Positions 9,440 to 20,498 of a stretch of DNA of 64,000 nucleotides are shown piece by piece (position 1 is the first letter of the stretch; the number at the start of each line of letters is the position of its first letter). The DNA is from a candidate division WOR-3 bacterium. Lineage in GTDB: Bacteria > Hydrothermota > Tepidihabitantia > Tepidihabitantales > Tepidihabitantaceae. The position numbers were made by a program, and so were the translations under genes. The stretch lies in assembly GCA_965648905.1 (NCBI GenBank), contig CBFGIT010000002.1, positions 1-64,000 of the forward strand, read 5' to 3'. Under the pieces are notes generated by a model, which made no database searches, was not told where the DNA came from, and saw only the letters and a list, made by a program, of their open reading frames with translations.

Positions 9440-10771
9440 TCAGGCTGGTGCATGGACCAGCGGCATCTCCTGCTGCAACGGAATCCGGAACTGGAATTCG
9501 GCCCACTTGCCCGGCTCGGAGTCCGCGGTTATCTCGCCACCGTGCCGCAAGACAATCTGGCGCGAGATGTAGAGCCCGAGTCCGGAACCGGCAACGCCCT
9601 TTACCTCAGGCTGCTTCAGGCGCTGAAAACGGGCAAAGAGCTTCTGTTTGTCTTCCGGGGCAAAACCGACACCCTCGTTCCAGACCGAGAACAGGGCCCA
9701 GTAGGCGCGGTGCCGGCGACCGTCATCAGCATAGTCAAAGAATGCCCGCCGGACAAGCCGTACCACAACTTTCCCTCCCTCGCGACCGTACTTGATAGCA
9801 TTTCCCACCAGGTTTCCCAGCACGACCCTCAAGAGTGCCGGGTCACCCGGTGCCACCAGATACTCAGAGTCGGTATCAAGCCTGATTCCGCGCGCGGCCG
9901 CGGCCGGATTCTGCAGTTCAATCACCGGCCGGAGCACGTCCTCGACCAGGTCCACGGCGGGCGCGGGCCGGTAGTGCATCTCGCCCGACTCAATCTGAGC
10001 CAGGTCAAGGTAGTCGCGGACCAGGTTTATCAGATAGTTGCTGTTTGCGACCATCCGCCGCACCCGTTCGGCCTGTTGGGGAAGCATGGTTCCGAGATAG
10101 CCCTCGAGCAACGTTGTGCCCAGGGTAACGATGGACGAGAGCGGTGCCTTCAGCTCGTGCGCGACAAAATAGAGTATTCCGGCGTAGTTGCGTTTGGCCT
10201 GCTCCAAGTCGTCGATGTACTTGACCTTTTCGACCGCCAGAGACAGCGACTCTGCTACCGCAGCAAAGGTATCAACATGCGCCCGCTGGTAGGTGTCGGC
10301 CTGCCGGGAACTGAAGAAAAGGAAACCGATCGGCCGGTTGCCGGCGCGCAGCGGGCAGGTAAGGTTGGACCGGACCCCGTCCTCAAGAATGTCCCGCGTG
10401 GCCCGTGAATCAGGGTGGGCTTGAAGATGGCGTTCGAGGTCGTTGATGATGCGCGGCTCGCCGGTCCTGAGAATCGGCTCGAGCGACGAGCCTTTGAGCA
10501 CGGCCCAGTAACCCCGGTCAACGCGTCTTACCTCGGTCTGGCTGCGTACCCAGCGCGACACTACAAGACCGGTCTCTTCGTCGTAGAATGCCACAGACAG
10601 ACGGTCGAAGGGGATTATCTGCCGCACCGTGTCATAGATGACGTCAAGAACCTCGAAAAGCGACTTGCCGGAAAGCCAGAGATGCTTCAGGTCATCAAGC
10701 ACCATCTGAACCGCGGCATCGTGCAGCCGGTCGGTCAGATTGTCCGGAGTTGTGACTTCTGTTTCGTTCAT
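9440..10771 (-). CDS. GAF-domain sensor histidine kinase
   Basis: GAF domain; H-box VAHELKAPL, N-box NLVGNAIKY, G-box GSGLGL. Confidence 0.93.
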   Translation of the reverse strand: MNETEVTTPDNLTDRLHDAAVQMVLDDLKHLWLSGKSLFEVLDVIYDTVRQIIPFDRLSVAFYDEETGLVVSRWVRSQTEVRRVDRGYWAVLKGSSLEPILRTGEPRIINDLERHLQAHPDSRATRDILEDGVRSNLTCPLRAGNRPIGFLFFSSRQADTYQRAHVDTFAAVAESLSLAVEKVKYIDDLEQAKRNYAGILYFVAHELKAPLSSIVTLGTTLLEGYLGTMLPQQAERVRRMVANSNYLINLVRDYLDLAQIESGEMHYRPAPAVDLVEDVLRPVIELQNPAAAARGIRLDTDSEYLVAPGDPALLRVVLGNLVGNAIKYGREGGKVVVRLVRRAFFDYADDGRRHRAYWALFSVWNEGVGFAPEDKQKLFARFQRLKQPEVKGVAGSGLGLYISRQIVLRHGGEITADSEPGKWAEFQFRIPLQQEMPLVHAPA

Positions 10772-11321
10772 GCCGGATATTTCTACGCTAACAAGATAGC
10801 CACATCTTCGGGCCAGTCAACCGGGCACAGTCGAAGACAATGCTGAACCCGGGGCTGACACAGGCCTGGCTTCGTCCGAACAGAAACCACGACCAGAACC
10901 ATGATGAACACCAGAATAACCACGAGCTCAGACGCGCAATCACTGGCCAAGGCGAGCGTTTGCCGACCTGCCCAAGCTGCTGCTCAGGCCTGCGCTCGCA
11001 GTACCACTGGCGACAAGGCTCAAGGCACCTCTTGAGCCGACGCCTGAGCAAGGGCTTGCGACATCACCCGCGGCAGTGCCAGGAAGAACGCAAGCTCAAT
11101 GGCGCTTCTAATCGCACATTCAGATACTACCTGGGGTACGGCCTCTCCCTGACCCAGGTCGGCGCTAATTCATCACCAGTTGAGAACTTATCGGCTCGGA
11201 CGCCTGATAACGTCTAACTTATTGGTTCTTATGCAATTAACTAGCTCGGCCGCAAGAGTGAACCACTATCGTTTCAAGCGCACCTCTTTGGCTGACTGGT
11301 CCTGAGAGCAATGTTGATGGC

Positions 11322-11349
11322 TTGACAGTTGGTCTTGAGTCTCTAGAAT
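11322..11349 (+). promoter_or_regulatory. Sigma70-type promoter for deoC-kbl
   Basis: TTGACA-16 bp-TAGAAT. Confidence 0.6.
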
Positions 11350-11381
11350 TGAGCGCGCCGAGTCCGGTTTGAGGCAGCACC

Positions 11382-12071
11382 ATGACACCAATCCGACGCC
11401 AGGCCAGCAGTATTGCCCGGTACATCGACCACACTCTGCTCGCACCGACCACGCCGCCGGACAGGATTGAGCAGTTGTGTGATGAGGCGGTGGCGCACGG
11501 GTTCTACAGTGTCTGCGTGAACTCGTGCTATGTGCCGTTGTGCCGGCGCCGGCTCGAAGGCAGCGGGGCGAAGGTCTGCACCGTGGTCGGTTTCCCTCTG
11601 GGCGCGGCCCTGCGCGAGGCCAAAGCGGCCGAGGCCGCGGCCGCGGTGAATCTGGGCGCGGATGAGCTGGATATGGTGATGAACCTGGGCTGGCTCAAGG
11701 CCGGTGCGGACGAGATGGTGGTTTCGGACATCCGGCGGGTGCTGGATGCGGTCCAGCAGCGGCCGGTGAAGGTAATCATCGAGACCTGTCTGTTGACCGA
11801 TGAGGAGAAACAGCGGGCAGCGCGTCTGGTGGTCGATGCGGGCGCGGCTTTTGTGAAGACATCGACCGGTTTTTCGACCGGCGGCGCGACCGTGGCTGAC
11901 GTGGCACTGCTGGCGCGCGTGGCCGCGGGCAGAGTTGGCGTGAAGGCTTCGGGCGGCATCAGGACCTATGCTGCTGCCCGGGCGATGATTGAAGCCGGAG
12001 CAACCCGACTGGGCACGAGTTCCGGCGTGAAGATAGTAGAAGAAGAGAGAAGCATCCGAGTCAAGGAGTAG
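11382..12071 (+). CDS. deoC: Deoxyribose-phosphate aldolase
   Basis: IDHTLL, VVGFPLG, ELDMVMN, KVIIET, FVKTSTGF, VKASGGIR. Confidence 0.96.
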   Translation: MTPIRRQASSIARYIDHTLLAPTTPPDRIEQLCDEAVAHGFYSVCVNSCYVPLCRRRLEGSGAKVCTVVGFPLGAALREAKAAEAAAAVNLGADELDMVMNLGWLKAGADEMVVSDIRRVLDAVQQRPVKVIIETCLLTDEEKQRAARLVVDAGAAFVKTSTGFSTGGATVADVALLARVAAGRVGVKASGGIRTYAAARAMIEAGATRLGTSSGVKIVEEERSIRVKE

Positions 12072-12074
12072 TGA

Positions 12075-13325
12075 ATGGCATACGGCAAAATCAAGGAGTT
12101 CCTGCAGGCCGAACTGAAGTCGGTTCAGGAGGCAGGGCTCTACAAGCAGGAAAGATACATCTATGGGCCCCAGGGCGCGGGCATCAAGGTCGAGTTCCCG
12201 TCCGGCGCACCGAAGAAGGAAGTTCTGAACTTCTGCGCGAACAACTACCTCGGGCTTTCGAGCCACCCGGAGACCGTGAAATCGGCGCACAAGGCGCTGG
12301 ACGAGTGGGGCTATGGCCTTTCGTCGGTGCGGTTCATTTGCGGGACCCAGGACATCCACCGCCAGCTCGAGCAGAAGATTGCTGCATTCCTGGGAATGGA
12401 TGATGCGATTCTGTACTCCTCGTGCTTTGATGCCAACGGCGGCCTGTTTGAGGTGCTGTTCAAGGAAGAGGACGCCATTCTCACCGATGCGCTGAACCAT
12501 GCCTCGGTCATTGACGGCATCCGGTTGTCCAAGGCAAAGCGGTACATAGTCAAGCACATGGATATGGCCGACCTTGAAGACAAGCTCAAGTCGGACGAGG
12601 TGCAGAAAGCCCGGTTCCGGGTATTTGCGACCGACGGCGCATTCTCGATGGACGGCGACGTGGCACCGCTGCAGCAGATCTGCGACCTGTGTGAGAAGTA
12701 CGACTGTCTGGTGATGGTTGATGACAGCCACTCAACCGGGTTCATGGGTAAGCACGGCAAGGGCACGCACGAGCACTGCGGGGTGATGGGCCGGGTCGAC
12801 ATCATCACTTCGACGATGGGCAAGGCGCTCGGCGGTGCGTCCGGCGGGTTCACGGCGTCGCGCAAAGAGATAGTCGAAATCCTCAGGCAGCGGTCCCGGC
12901 CGTATCTGTTCTCGAACACGCTGCCGCCGGTCATTGCCGCCTCCGCGGTCACGATCATCGACCTCCTGTCACGAACGACCGAGCGCCGGGACAAGCTTGA
13001 ACAGAACACAATGTACTTCCGCAAGGCGATGACCGAGGCCGGGTTCGATATCCGGCCGGGCGTGCATCCGATTGTGCCGATCATGCTCTATAACGCCAAG
13101 CTGGCCCAAGACTTCGCCCGGGACATGTACGACGAAGGCATTTACGTCATCGGGTTCTTCTATCCGGTCGTGGGCAAGGGCCTGGCGCGCATCCGGGTCC
13201 AGCTTTCCGCCGGGCACGACAAAGAGCACATCGACAAGGCGATTGCTGCGTTCGTCAAGGTCGGCAGGAAGTACGACATTCTGCACAAGACCAAAGACGA
13301 GATTGTTGCCCGGTACGGGTTTTAG
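12075..13325 (+). CDS. kbl: Glycine C-acetyltransferase (2-amino-3-ketobutyrate CoA ligase)
   Basis: [50 protein letters not shown]. Confidence 0.95.
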   Translation: MAYGKIKEFLQAELKSVQEAGLYKQERYIYGPQGAGIKVEFPSGAPKKEVLNFCANNYLGLSSHPETVKSAHKALDEWGYGLSSVRFICGTQDIHRQLEQKIAAFLGMDDAILYSSCFDANGGLFEVLFKEEDAILTDALNHASVIDGIRLSKAKRYIVKHMDMADLEDKLKSDEVQKARFRVFATDGAFSMDGDVAPLQQICDLCEKYDCLVMVDDSHSTGFMGKHGKGTHEHCGVMGRVDIITSTMGKALGGASGGFTASRKEIVEILRQRSRPYLFSNTLPPVIAASAVTIIDLLSRTTERRDKLEQNTMYFRKAMTEAGFDIRPGVHPIVPIMLYNAKLAQDFARDMYDEGIYVIGFFYPVVGKGLARIRVQLSAGHDKEHIDKAIAAFVKVGRKYDILHKTKDEIVARYGF

Positions 13326-13364
13326 TTGGAACCGGGACGCGTCGGGTCGTCCTGACGAGCCACG

Positions 13365-13393
13365 TTGACATGGACGGCTCTGCCGCATAGACT
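13365..13393 (+). promoter_or_regulatory. Sigma70-type promoter of the lipoprotein-TBDR-PorV operon
   Basis: TTGACA-17 bp-TAGACT. Confidence 0.65.
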
Positions 13394-13535
13394 TACCGGT
13401 CTGATTGGCGGCTGTTAGACCCTGCCTGCGGGCTTACGCGGCAGGGGCCTGCGAGCCGGGCGCTGCTGCCTGAAGTGCAGCAGCCTGGTTCGGAGGCGCA
13501 GAAGAAAGTACATTCAAGCAAAAGGAGGCAGCGAG

Positions 13536-14636
13536 ATGTCTGTGTTCGTGAAAAAGAGCGGACAGCAGAATGTTGTCCGCCCCGGCTGCTCGAGCGGAGC
13601 CCGGCCGTTGCTCCGGGTCGGGTCCAGAGCCCTGGTCGTCGTGGCTCTGGCCTGCGCCGCGCTCTACTACGGCTGTGGCCGCGTCGCCCCTGAGCCATTC
13701 TGGGAGCCGAGTGCGGAAGACACGGTCGGTATCAAACAGGCCATCGAGGCGAACAAGAGCCTGTTCAAGATCGGGCTCTCCGAGCTGCAGATGGTCATGA
13801 TTGACACGGCGCTGCCCGGCAGCACCAAGTCGATTCTGGCCGGCGAGATCAAAGGAAATCCGTTCAAGCCCCGGTTCCGGTGCGCTGGTTTCCAGCATAT
13901 GTTCTACGACACGGCCTATGACCTCGAATACCGGTTCGCCTCGGTGCTCGATACGCTGGGCACGGAGACGACCTGCACCGTCACCTATGCTGAGACGATA
14001 CCGGGTGAGTTCCTGATGTATGCTTTCCGGATGACCGACTCATTGCGCGAGTCGCTGTTTTTCCCCAATCCCGGCGAAACGCTTCGCCTGCCCTACTATG
14101 ACTCGCTGCTCAAGCCGTGCAGCGTGGTCATCAAGAAGCCCCTTGAGGCGGTCACCACCGGCGGCTGCGTGTTCAAGAAGAAGTCCGGCTCCTGGGAGCT
14201 CTGGAAGCTGTCGGGCGGGACCAGGTTCTACGCCCCGAACCCGGATGACGCCCCGTACTTTGCCCGGTGCGTGCTGGCCGGCGGCGGCCGACTGGACACG
14301 GTGCTGCTGCGACCCGATACGCTGCATTACGGTATCCAGCGTTTCTACCCGTACGCCGATACCCCGACCGGCGGTATCTACTCCTACACCCAGCGCGATA
14401 CCATCAGACTGGCGAATCTGCTTTCAACCCTCGGCACCGACGGCGCGGAGTACGTGTACTTCAACGGTCAGCGCTATGACATGCAGGGACCGCGGGCGAG
14501 GCAGCAGATCATTTTGGCCGATGTCGCCCCCGGTCTTTACAAGCTCTACGTTGAAGAGATTCCTCCGGCCGTGCTCTGGGAAGTGAAAGGCAAGTACAGC
14601 GCCACGGTCTGGAGCATCCCGGTCCGCGTAAAGTAG
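13536..14636 (+). CDS. Hypothetical lipoprotein
   Basis: AGGAGG RBS; hydrophobic stretch ending ALYYGC (lipobox-like); first gene of the operon. Confidence 0.75.
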   Translation: MSVFVKKSGQQNVVRPGCSSGARPLLRVGSRALVVVALACAALYYGCGRVAPEPFWEPSAEDTVGIKQAIEANKSLFKIGLSELQMVMIDTALPGSTKSILAGEIKGNPFKPRFRCAGFQHMFYDTAYDLEYRFASVLDTLGTETTCTVTYAETIPGEFLMYAFRMTDSLRESLFFPNPGETLRLPYYDSLLKPCSVVIKKPLEAVTTGGCVFKKKSGSWELWKLSGGTRFYAPNPDDAPYFARCVLAGGGRLDTVLLRPDTLHYGIQRFYPYADTPTGGIYSYTQRDTIRLANLLSTLGTDGAEYVYFNGQRYDMQGPRARQQIILADVAPGLYKLYVEEIPPAVLWEVKGKYSATVWSIPVRVK

Positions 14637-14646
14637 GAGGTGAGTC

Positions 14647-17568
14647 GTGAAACTGACAGAACGACAATTCTCGAAGACCCGAGGCGGAATCAGGGTCGCG
14701 CTCGCGGTACTGGTTCTGGCCGCGGTGGCGTTTGCTGCCAACACCGGCAACATCAGCGGCAAGGTGACGGACCGAAAGACCGGCGAGGTGCTCGTCGGTG
14801 TGAACGTGCTCGTTGAGGGCACCGAGCTGGGTGGCGCGACCGATGCCAACGGCCGCTACCAGATTATCAACGTCCCGCCGGGCAAGTACACGGTCAGCGC
14901 CTCTTACATGGGCTACAACGAACAGAAAATCACCGACGTCCTGGTCATCCAGGACCTAACCGCGACGGTCGACTTCAAGATGTCGCCGGTAGTCCTGGAC
15001 CTGGGTGTGAAGGTCGACGTCGTCGCCAAGAAGAAGGAGCTGGTGCAGCGTCAGACGGTCTCGGTCGAGCGGGTGATTACCAGCGAGGAGTTCAAGCGCC
15101 TGCCGGTAACGCAGTTGTCCGAACTGGTGGGGTTGCAGGCCGGAATCACCCAGACGAGCACCGGCTGGACCCACATCCGCGGGGGACGGTTCGACGATGT
15201 CGCCTATCTTGTTGATGGCGTGAACGCCCAGGATGCGGTCGTCGGCACCTTGTGGTCGAGCCCGAAACCGACGACCGACGCCCTCCAGTCAGTGGTCGTC
15301 ATCACCGGCGGATTCGACGCCGAGTACGGCGAGGCAATGTCCGGAATCATCAAAGCGGTGACCAAGGAAGGTGGAACAAAGACCTCAGGCCGCGTCGGTG
15401 TCATCACCGACGAAGCGTTCCCGGCAAGTACCGGATACAACTACGGCTACAACCGGGTAACGTTCTCGCTCGGCGGGCCGACCCCGGTCTGGAACCGGCT
15501 GCGTTACTTCCTGTCGACCGAGTACTTCAAGACCGACGACGACCGGAATGTGCGTTACAAGGTCCCCTCGCCGCGCGGTGAGTACGCGGCCGAGGGCAAG
15601 TTGACCTTGCAGATGCCCAAGTCATTCGCCCTGACCAGAGAAGGACTCAAGTTCACGCTCGATGGGCATCATTCGAACTACCAGTGGTGGCCCTACTCGC
15701 ACACCTACCAGTTCTGGCGGACCGGCCTGCCCGGACGACGCGTGCGCTCCTACAAGTCGAACTTCACCGTCAACCACCTGCTTTCGCCCTCGACCGTCTA
15801 TGAGGCAAAGGTGGGTGTGTTCCAGACCGGCCTGCTGATTGCGCCGCGCAACTTCAATGCCGAGAATGCGGATACGCTCGGGTTCTGGGGTATGTTGCGC
15901 AAGTACGGCATCTGGGACCGCTACTTCTTCCGCGGCGAGGACTGGGTCTTTGATTGGGAGAAGTACGCCAAGTACGAGGCCGGTTACCCGGGAGCCGACA
16001 CTCTTACCAGTCGACAGGATGCGGTCCTGCAGCTCTGGCGGTCGTACTGGCTCTACATCAGCCCGGACAAGAAGGAGTCGATACCGGTCTACTACTACCC
16101 GAACAAGACCAACTTTGCCAGCGCCTACGCACTGACCGAGAACCCCTTCGGTGTGGCCGGGCTGTTTGTGACTGAGGGCAACGACCGGACGTGGCACTAC
16201 CGTTCAACCAGCCATATGCTCGGCAAGTTCGACATTACCCACACCGTCTCGAAGATCCACGAGATCAAGACCGGTATCAGCGCTACCCAGTACACGCTTT
16301 CGATGTTCGAGAACTCGCTGCCCTGGGACCAGAACCCGTTCTGGGACGCCTACACGTACAAGCCGTTAGTGCTGGCTGCCTATGTCCAGGACCGGGCCGA
16401 CTTCGAAGACCTGGTGGTGCGTGCCGGTGTGAGGCTGGACTTCCTCGACTCCAAGGCCCAGGTGCGGGCTTTCCCCGAGAGCCTTGGTTCGCGCAAGGAG
16501 ATATCCGACTCGATGCTGCCGGTTGCGGCCAAGTACCGGCTCTCCCCGCGGCTTGGTCTTTCCTACCCGATTACCGAGCGGATCAAGTTCCGGTTCTCCT
16601 ACGGCCACTTCTTCAAGAACCCGACTTTCGACGACCTGTACACTTACGCCGACCGAACCGCGGCCGAGCTGCGTTCGCGCGGCAACGTTATCGTCGGCAA
16701 CGCGGACATGGGTGCGGAGAAGACGATCGCTTATGAGCTCGGATTCGATGCCCAGCTCTCCGACCTGTTCCAGTTCGACGTGACCGCGTTCTACAAGGAC
16801 GTGTTCGACCTGTCCGGCGTCCGGGCGGTCTACGCGCTGCCGCAGCCCTATTCGCAGTACTACAACGTCGAGTATGCCCGGATTCAGGGGTTTGAGGCGA
16901 CGATGACCAAGCAGCTCTCGAGCTATTGGTCGAGTCGCCTGGGCTACACGTTCCAGATTGCCAAGGGCACCGCCTCGACCGCCACGACTCAGTACCAACG
17001 CGAACGGCCGCTCCAGCTCGACTACTACCTCGACCAGGACCAGCGTCATGCCGTGCACGGGGACCTGTCGTTCACGTTCCCATCGGACTTTGCGTTCGTC
17101 CTGATGCGTGACTTCCAGGCATCGGGAGTGTTCAATTACGGCTCAGGCCTGCCCTACACCCCACAGGACCAGCGGGGCAATCAGATCGGTCTAACCAACT
17201 CAGCGCGTAGACCGGGCAGCTACACGGTCGACGCCCGACTGTCGCGGGACTTCAACCTGGGTGGCCTTGCCTTCGCGCTCAACTGCGACATCTCCAACCT
17301 GCTCAATGCCACGCTCATCACCAGTGTCCACGCCGCCACCGGCAAGCCCGACTACACCGGTCGGGTTATCACTCCGTACGAATTCTCGCCCGGAGTGGCA
17401 TTCGGCGACTTCTACTACCACCCGGCGCGCGACTACGACCACGACGGCTACCTGACCCGCATGGAGATGTATGAGTCTTACCGACGGGCCTATGCCGACC
17501 GGTATAACCCGCCGACCTACTACGGCCCGCCGCGTAAGATAAGGTTCGGCCTGAGCATGTCGTTCTAA
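14647..17568 (+). CDS. TonB-dependent receptor
   Basis: TGNISGKVTD...GEVLVGVNV, HIRGGR, ITGGFDAEYGEAMSG, C-terminal PRKIRFGLSMSF. Confidence 0.93.
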   Translation: MKLTERQFSKTRGGIRVALAVLVLAAVAFAANTGNISGKVTDRKTGEVLVGVNVLVEGTELGGATDANGRYQIINVPPGKYTVSASYMGYNEQKITDVLVIQDLTATVDFKMSPVVLDLGVKVDVVAKKKELVQRQTVSVERVITSEEFKRLPVTQLSELVGLQAGITQTSTGWTHIRGGRFDDVAYLVDGVNAQDAVVGTLWSSPKPTTDALQSVVVITGGFDAEYGEAMSGIIKAVTKEGGTKTSGRVGVITDEAFPASTGYNYGYNRVTFSLGGPTPVWNRLRYFLSTEYFKTDDDRNVRYKVPSPRGEYAAEGKLTLQMPKSFALTREGLKFTLDGHHSNYQWWPYSHTYQFWRTGLPGRRVRSYKSNFTVNHLLSPSTVYEAKVGVFQTGLLIAPRNFNAENADTLGFWGMLRKYGIWDRYFFRGEDWVFDWEKYAKYEAGYPGADTLTSRQDAVLQLWRSYWLYISPDKKESIPVYYYPNKTNFASAYALTENPFGVAGLFVTEGNDRTWHYRSTSHMLGKFDITHTVSKIHEIKTGISATQYTLSMFENSLPWDQNPFWDAYTYKPLVLAAYVQDRADFEDLVVRAGVRLDFLDSKAQVRAFPESLGSRKEISDSMLPVAAKYRLSPRLGLSYPITERIKFRFSYGHFFKNPTFDDLYTYADRTAAELRSRGNVIVGNADMGAEKTIAYELGFDAQLSDLFQFDVTAFYKDVFDLSGVRAVYALPQPYSQYYNVEYARIQGFEATMTKQLSSYWSSRLGYTFQIAKGTASTATTQYQRERPLQLDYYLDQDQRHAVHGDLSFTFPSDFAFVLMRDFQASGVFNYGSGLPYTPQDQRGNQIGLTNSARRPGSYTVDARLSRDFNLGGLAFALNCDISNLLNATLITSVHAATGKPDYTGRVITPYEFSPGVAFGDFYYHPARDYDHDGYLTRMEMYESYRRAYADRYNPPTYYGPPRKIRFGLSMSF

Positions 17569-17577
17569 GGAGGAGAC

Positions 17578-20487
17578 TTGAGACGAATCATGAAACACGC
17601 GCTGTGCCTTGCGCTTGTGGCTGGCGCCGTCACGACCGCGCTGGCGCGGTCGGCGACGCCGCCGCCCCCGGGACAGCGCATCTACGACACCAAGTGGCTC
17701 AACATCAACAAGTGGCTGTGCCCGTTCTACAACGACGGGCGGTACGGGATCGACGTCAGTCGACCGCCAGGACTGGCAGGCGGTTCTTGGCCCCAGCCAT
17801 ACAAGAACGAGTACATCTTCGGCGCAGGACTCTGGTTTGGCTCGCTGAAGGACAACCCCAACATCCCGGACAAAGTAGACACTCTGGTGACGTTCGGTTA
17901 CAACCCGAACTCGGGCGGCACCGAGATGACGCCGACGATCGTGGCGCATGTTGAGGATGGCGCGAGTGCGGGCGACGACCGGATTTTCATCTACCCCAGT
18001 GTCTGGCCGCCGACACCCCGCTCGCGCTGGGAAACCGGTGACCCGCATGTTGACTCGCTTCTCATCCCCTACGAGAACTTCTCACTGCAGGACATGTGGT
18101 ATGCCTACTCAGATGTCGCACCGGAGAATCATATCTCACCGGGCAGACCACAGATGGTCGACATCTACCAGACGATCTACGCCTGGAACTACCCGACCAA
18201 CCAAGACATCTTCTTCATCATCTACCAGGTACGCAACTCGGGCAACGACACGTTGAGGAAGTGTTTCATGGGTGCGGTAATGGATGCCGACATCGGCGAC
18301 GCTACCGACGACATGGTCGGGCTGCTTGACAGTGTCGAGATTCCCGGAGCCGGGGTGGTCGAGAACGTCGGCTACGCCGGAGACTTCAACAACGTCGAGG
18401 TTGCGGGCCGCGACTGGGAGTCAGGCACACCGGGCGTGTTTGCCTACAAGTTCCTCGAAAGCCCGAGGCGTCCGGACGGCAGCCCGCTGGGTATGACCGC
18501 ATTCAAGAAGTTCACGATTGATATCGACCCGGTGACAGACCCAGCCCAATACCTTACCATGGCCGGGTTCGACTATCGCACCGGCGTCTACTCACCGTTC
18601 GATTCTGTTGACCAGGTCGCGGCGGACAAGCGGTTCATTCAGTGTACCGGGCCGTTCGACCTGGCACCGGGACAGATCGCCAAGCTTGTCGTCGCGGGCA
18701 TCGCTGCCCGTTACGGAGGGCCCAATCAACCCTGGCCTGACCGAGGCCGCGACTCGCTGATACACCTGGCGCGCGTTGCCAATACTGCGCAGTTCATCTA
18801 CGACCAGGGCTGGCTGTTGCCCGGTCCGCCGCTCTCACCCAACTTGACCTTGGTGCCGGGCGATAATCAGGTCCAATTGGTCTGGGATAACCTGCCTGAG
18901 GTCACTCCTGACCCGTACTGGGTCAAAGTCGCGTCAGACACGAGCAAAATCGGCTCTGGCTGGGACCCAGTCTATCGCGGCTACGATTTTGAAGGCTACA
19001 TCGTCTACAAGTCGAAGAACGGCAGTGACTGGCGTATCCTGGCCCAGTGCGACAAACGCGGCAACGGCGTGGCCGTGTCTTACCCGCCGGGTGGCGACAG
19101 CGCGCTGGCCGAAAGCCTCTGGATCAAAGGCAATGACACGCTCGGCGTGTTCTACACCCTGCTCGACAAGAACGTGACCAATGGTTTTACCTACTACTAC
19201 TGCGTCGCCGCCTACGACTACAACTTCACGACTACGGCCTGGGACACGACCGTCCATCCGCCCCGGCCGACCGACTCGACCGCGCTGGTGCTCCGTTCCG
19301 GCCTGGTCTCGAGCTTCTCGACCATTCCGCGCTGGGAAGCGTCGAACTACATAGCGCCACAGCCGAAGATAATCACGTTCCGTGGTGACACCATCAAACC
19401 GGGCATGAAGCCGCTGGTAACGTCAGTGGTGCCGTTCCAGGTGACCGCCGATACCTACGAATTGAGGTTCCTGGGTCCGGGTCATGCCGGCGCCGACAAG
19501 AAGACCATCTACCAGTACTGGGTGCGCTGTGCCCGAAACGACAGTCTCGTGCTCGACACGGCCAGTTTCACCTACACAATGGACACCAAGTACAACTTCT
19601 CGCTCCCGGTGTTCAATGGACTGATGGTCAACTGCAGCCTGAATGTCAAGACACCATCGCGGGCGTTCGACACGGTCATGGTCACTGCCGGCAACTATCC
19701 TGCGGACAAGGTTGCGCCGAGCGGCATGTCGTCAATCGGTGTCTGGGCCTTCCGGGGCGCGGATTTCGAGATTGTCTGGCAGACCGCGCCCTATCTCACC
19801 GCCAAGGTATATGACCTGACTCACGGTGGTATCGAGGTGCCGTTCGGGCGGTTCAACAACACCCAGCCCGCAACCCGGCCCAACGCTGACGGCTGGTGCT
19901 TTGTCGACCAGGCCGGACGGAACCCGACCGACACGCTCAAAGGTAGTCTCTACCAGATGTATATCTGCGGCGGCTATCTGAGGCTGAACTCGGGCGACAG
20001 CATCGGTTCCAACACCGCTCTGCTTCGCGACGGCGACAAGTGGCTTGCCCGAGGCGAGCGCAGCAAGGGTTCGGCTCCGTTCCACAACGTCTATCAGGTT
20101 GTCTCGACGCCCTACAAGTCGCTGACCGGCCAGGACACGACGATGGACCTAAGCAAGGTCATCAAAGTCGTACCCAATCCGTACATCGTGTTTGACGCCT
20201 GGGAGAAGACGACCGAGCAGCGCTACGTCAAGTTCACCCACCTGCCCAACGACTGCACGATCCGCATCTACACGCTTTCCGGCGACCTGGTCAAGACCAT
20301 CCACCACAAGGACACCAAGACCCAGCCGCTCGACCAGGGCGGTACCGAGAACTGGGACTTCACCAACGAGTCGCCCGGCCAAGACCCGACCCGGGTCGCC
20401 GGCCAGCTCGTTGCTTCCGGTGTCTATGTCTATCATGTGGAATCGCCGGTAGGCGAGGCGACGGGCAAGCTGGTCTTCATCCACTAA
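17578..20487 (+). CDS. Large secreted FN3-containing protein with T9SS-like C-terminal domain
   Basis: AAGGAGG RBS, signal peptide, YDFEGYIVYKS...NGFTYYYCVAAYD, CTD IKVVPNPY...CTIRIYTLSGDLVK...ASGVYVYHV. Confidence 0.85.
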   Translation: MRRIMKHALCLALVAGAVTTALARSATPPPPGQRIYDTKWLNINKWLCPFYNDGRYGIDVSRPPGLAGGSWPQPYKNEYIFGAGLWFGSLKDNPNIPDKVDTLVTFGYNPNSGGTEMTPTIVAHVEDGASAGDDRIFIYPSVWPPTPRSRWETGDPHVDSLLIPYENFSLQDMWYAYSDVAPENHISPGRPQMVDIYQTIYAWNYPTNQDIFFIIYQVRNSGNDTLRKCFMGAVMDADIGDATDDMVGLLDSVEIPGAGVVENVGYAGDFNNVEVAGRDWESGTPGVFAYKFLESPRRPDGSPLGMTAFKKFTIDIDPVTDPAQYLTMAGFDYRTGVYSPFDSVDQVAADKRFIQCTGPFDLAPGQIAKLVVAGIAARYGGPNQPWPDRGRDSLIHLARVANTAQFIYDQGWLLPGPPLSPNLTLVPGDNQVQLVWDNLPEVTPDPYWVKVASDTSKIGSGWDPVYRGYDFEGYIVYKSKNGSDWRILAQCDKRGNGVAVSYPPGGDSALAESLWIKGNDTLGVFYTLLDKNVTNGFTYYYCVAAYDYNFTTTAWDTTVHPPRPTDSTALVLRSGLVSSFSTIPRWEASNYIAPQPKIITFRGDTIKPGMKPLVTSVVPFQVTADTYELRFLGPGHAGADKKTIYQYWVRCARNDSLVLDTASFTYTMDTKYNFSLPVFNGLMVNCSLNVKTPSRAFDTVMVTAGNYPADKVAPSGMSSIGVWAFRGADFEIVWQTAPYLTAKVYDLTHGGIEVPFGRFNNTQPATRPNADGWCFVDQAGRNPTDTLKGSLYQMYICGGYLRLNSGDSIGSNTALLRDGDKWLARGERSKGSAPFHNVYQVVSTPYKSLTGQDTTMDLSKVIKVVPNPYIVFDAWEKTTEQRYVKFTHLPNDCTIRIYTLSGDLVKTIHHKDTKTQPLDQGGTENWDFTNESPGQDPTRVAGQLVASGVYVYHVESPVGEATGKLVFIH

Positions 20488-20498
20488 GGGAGGCTTCA

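Noticed and set aside
9302..10408. 368-aa plus-strand ORF
   Set aside because: Antisense shadow of the histidine kinase, no motifs; common in GC-rich DNA
11343..12731. 462-aa minus-strand ORF
   Set aside because: Antisense to deoC and kbl
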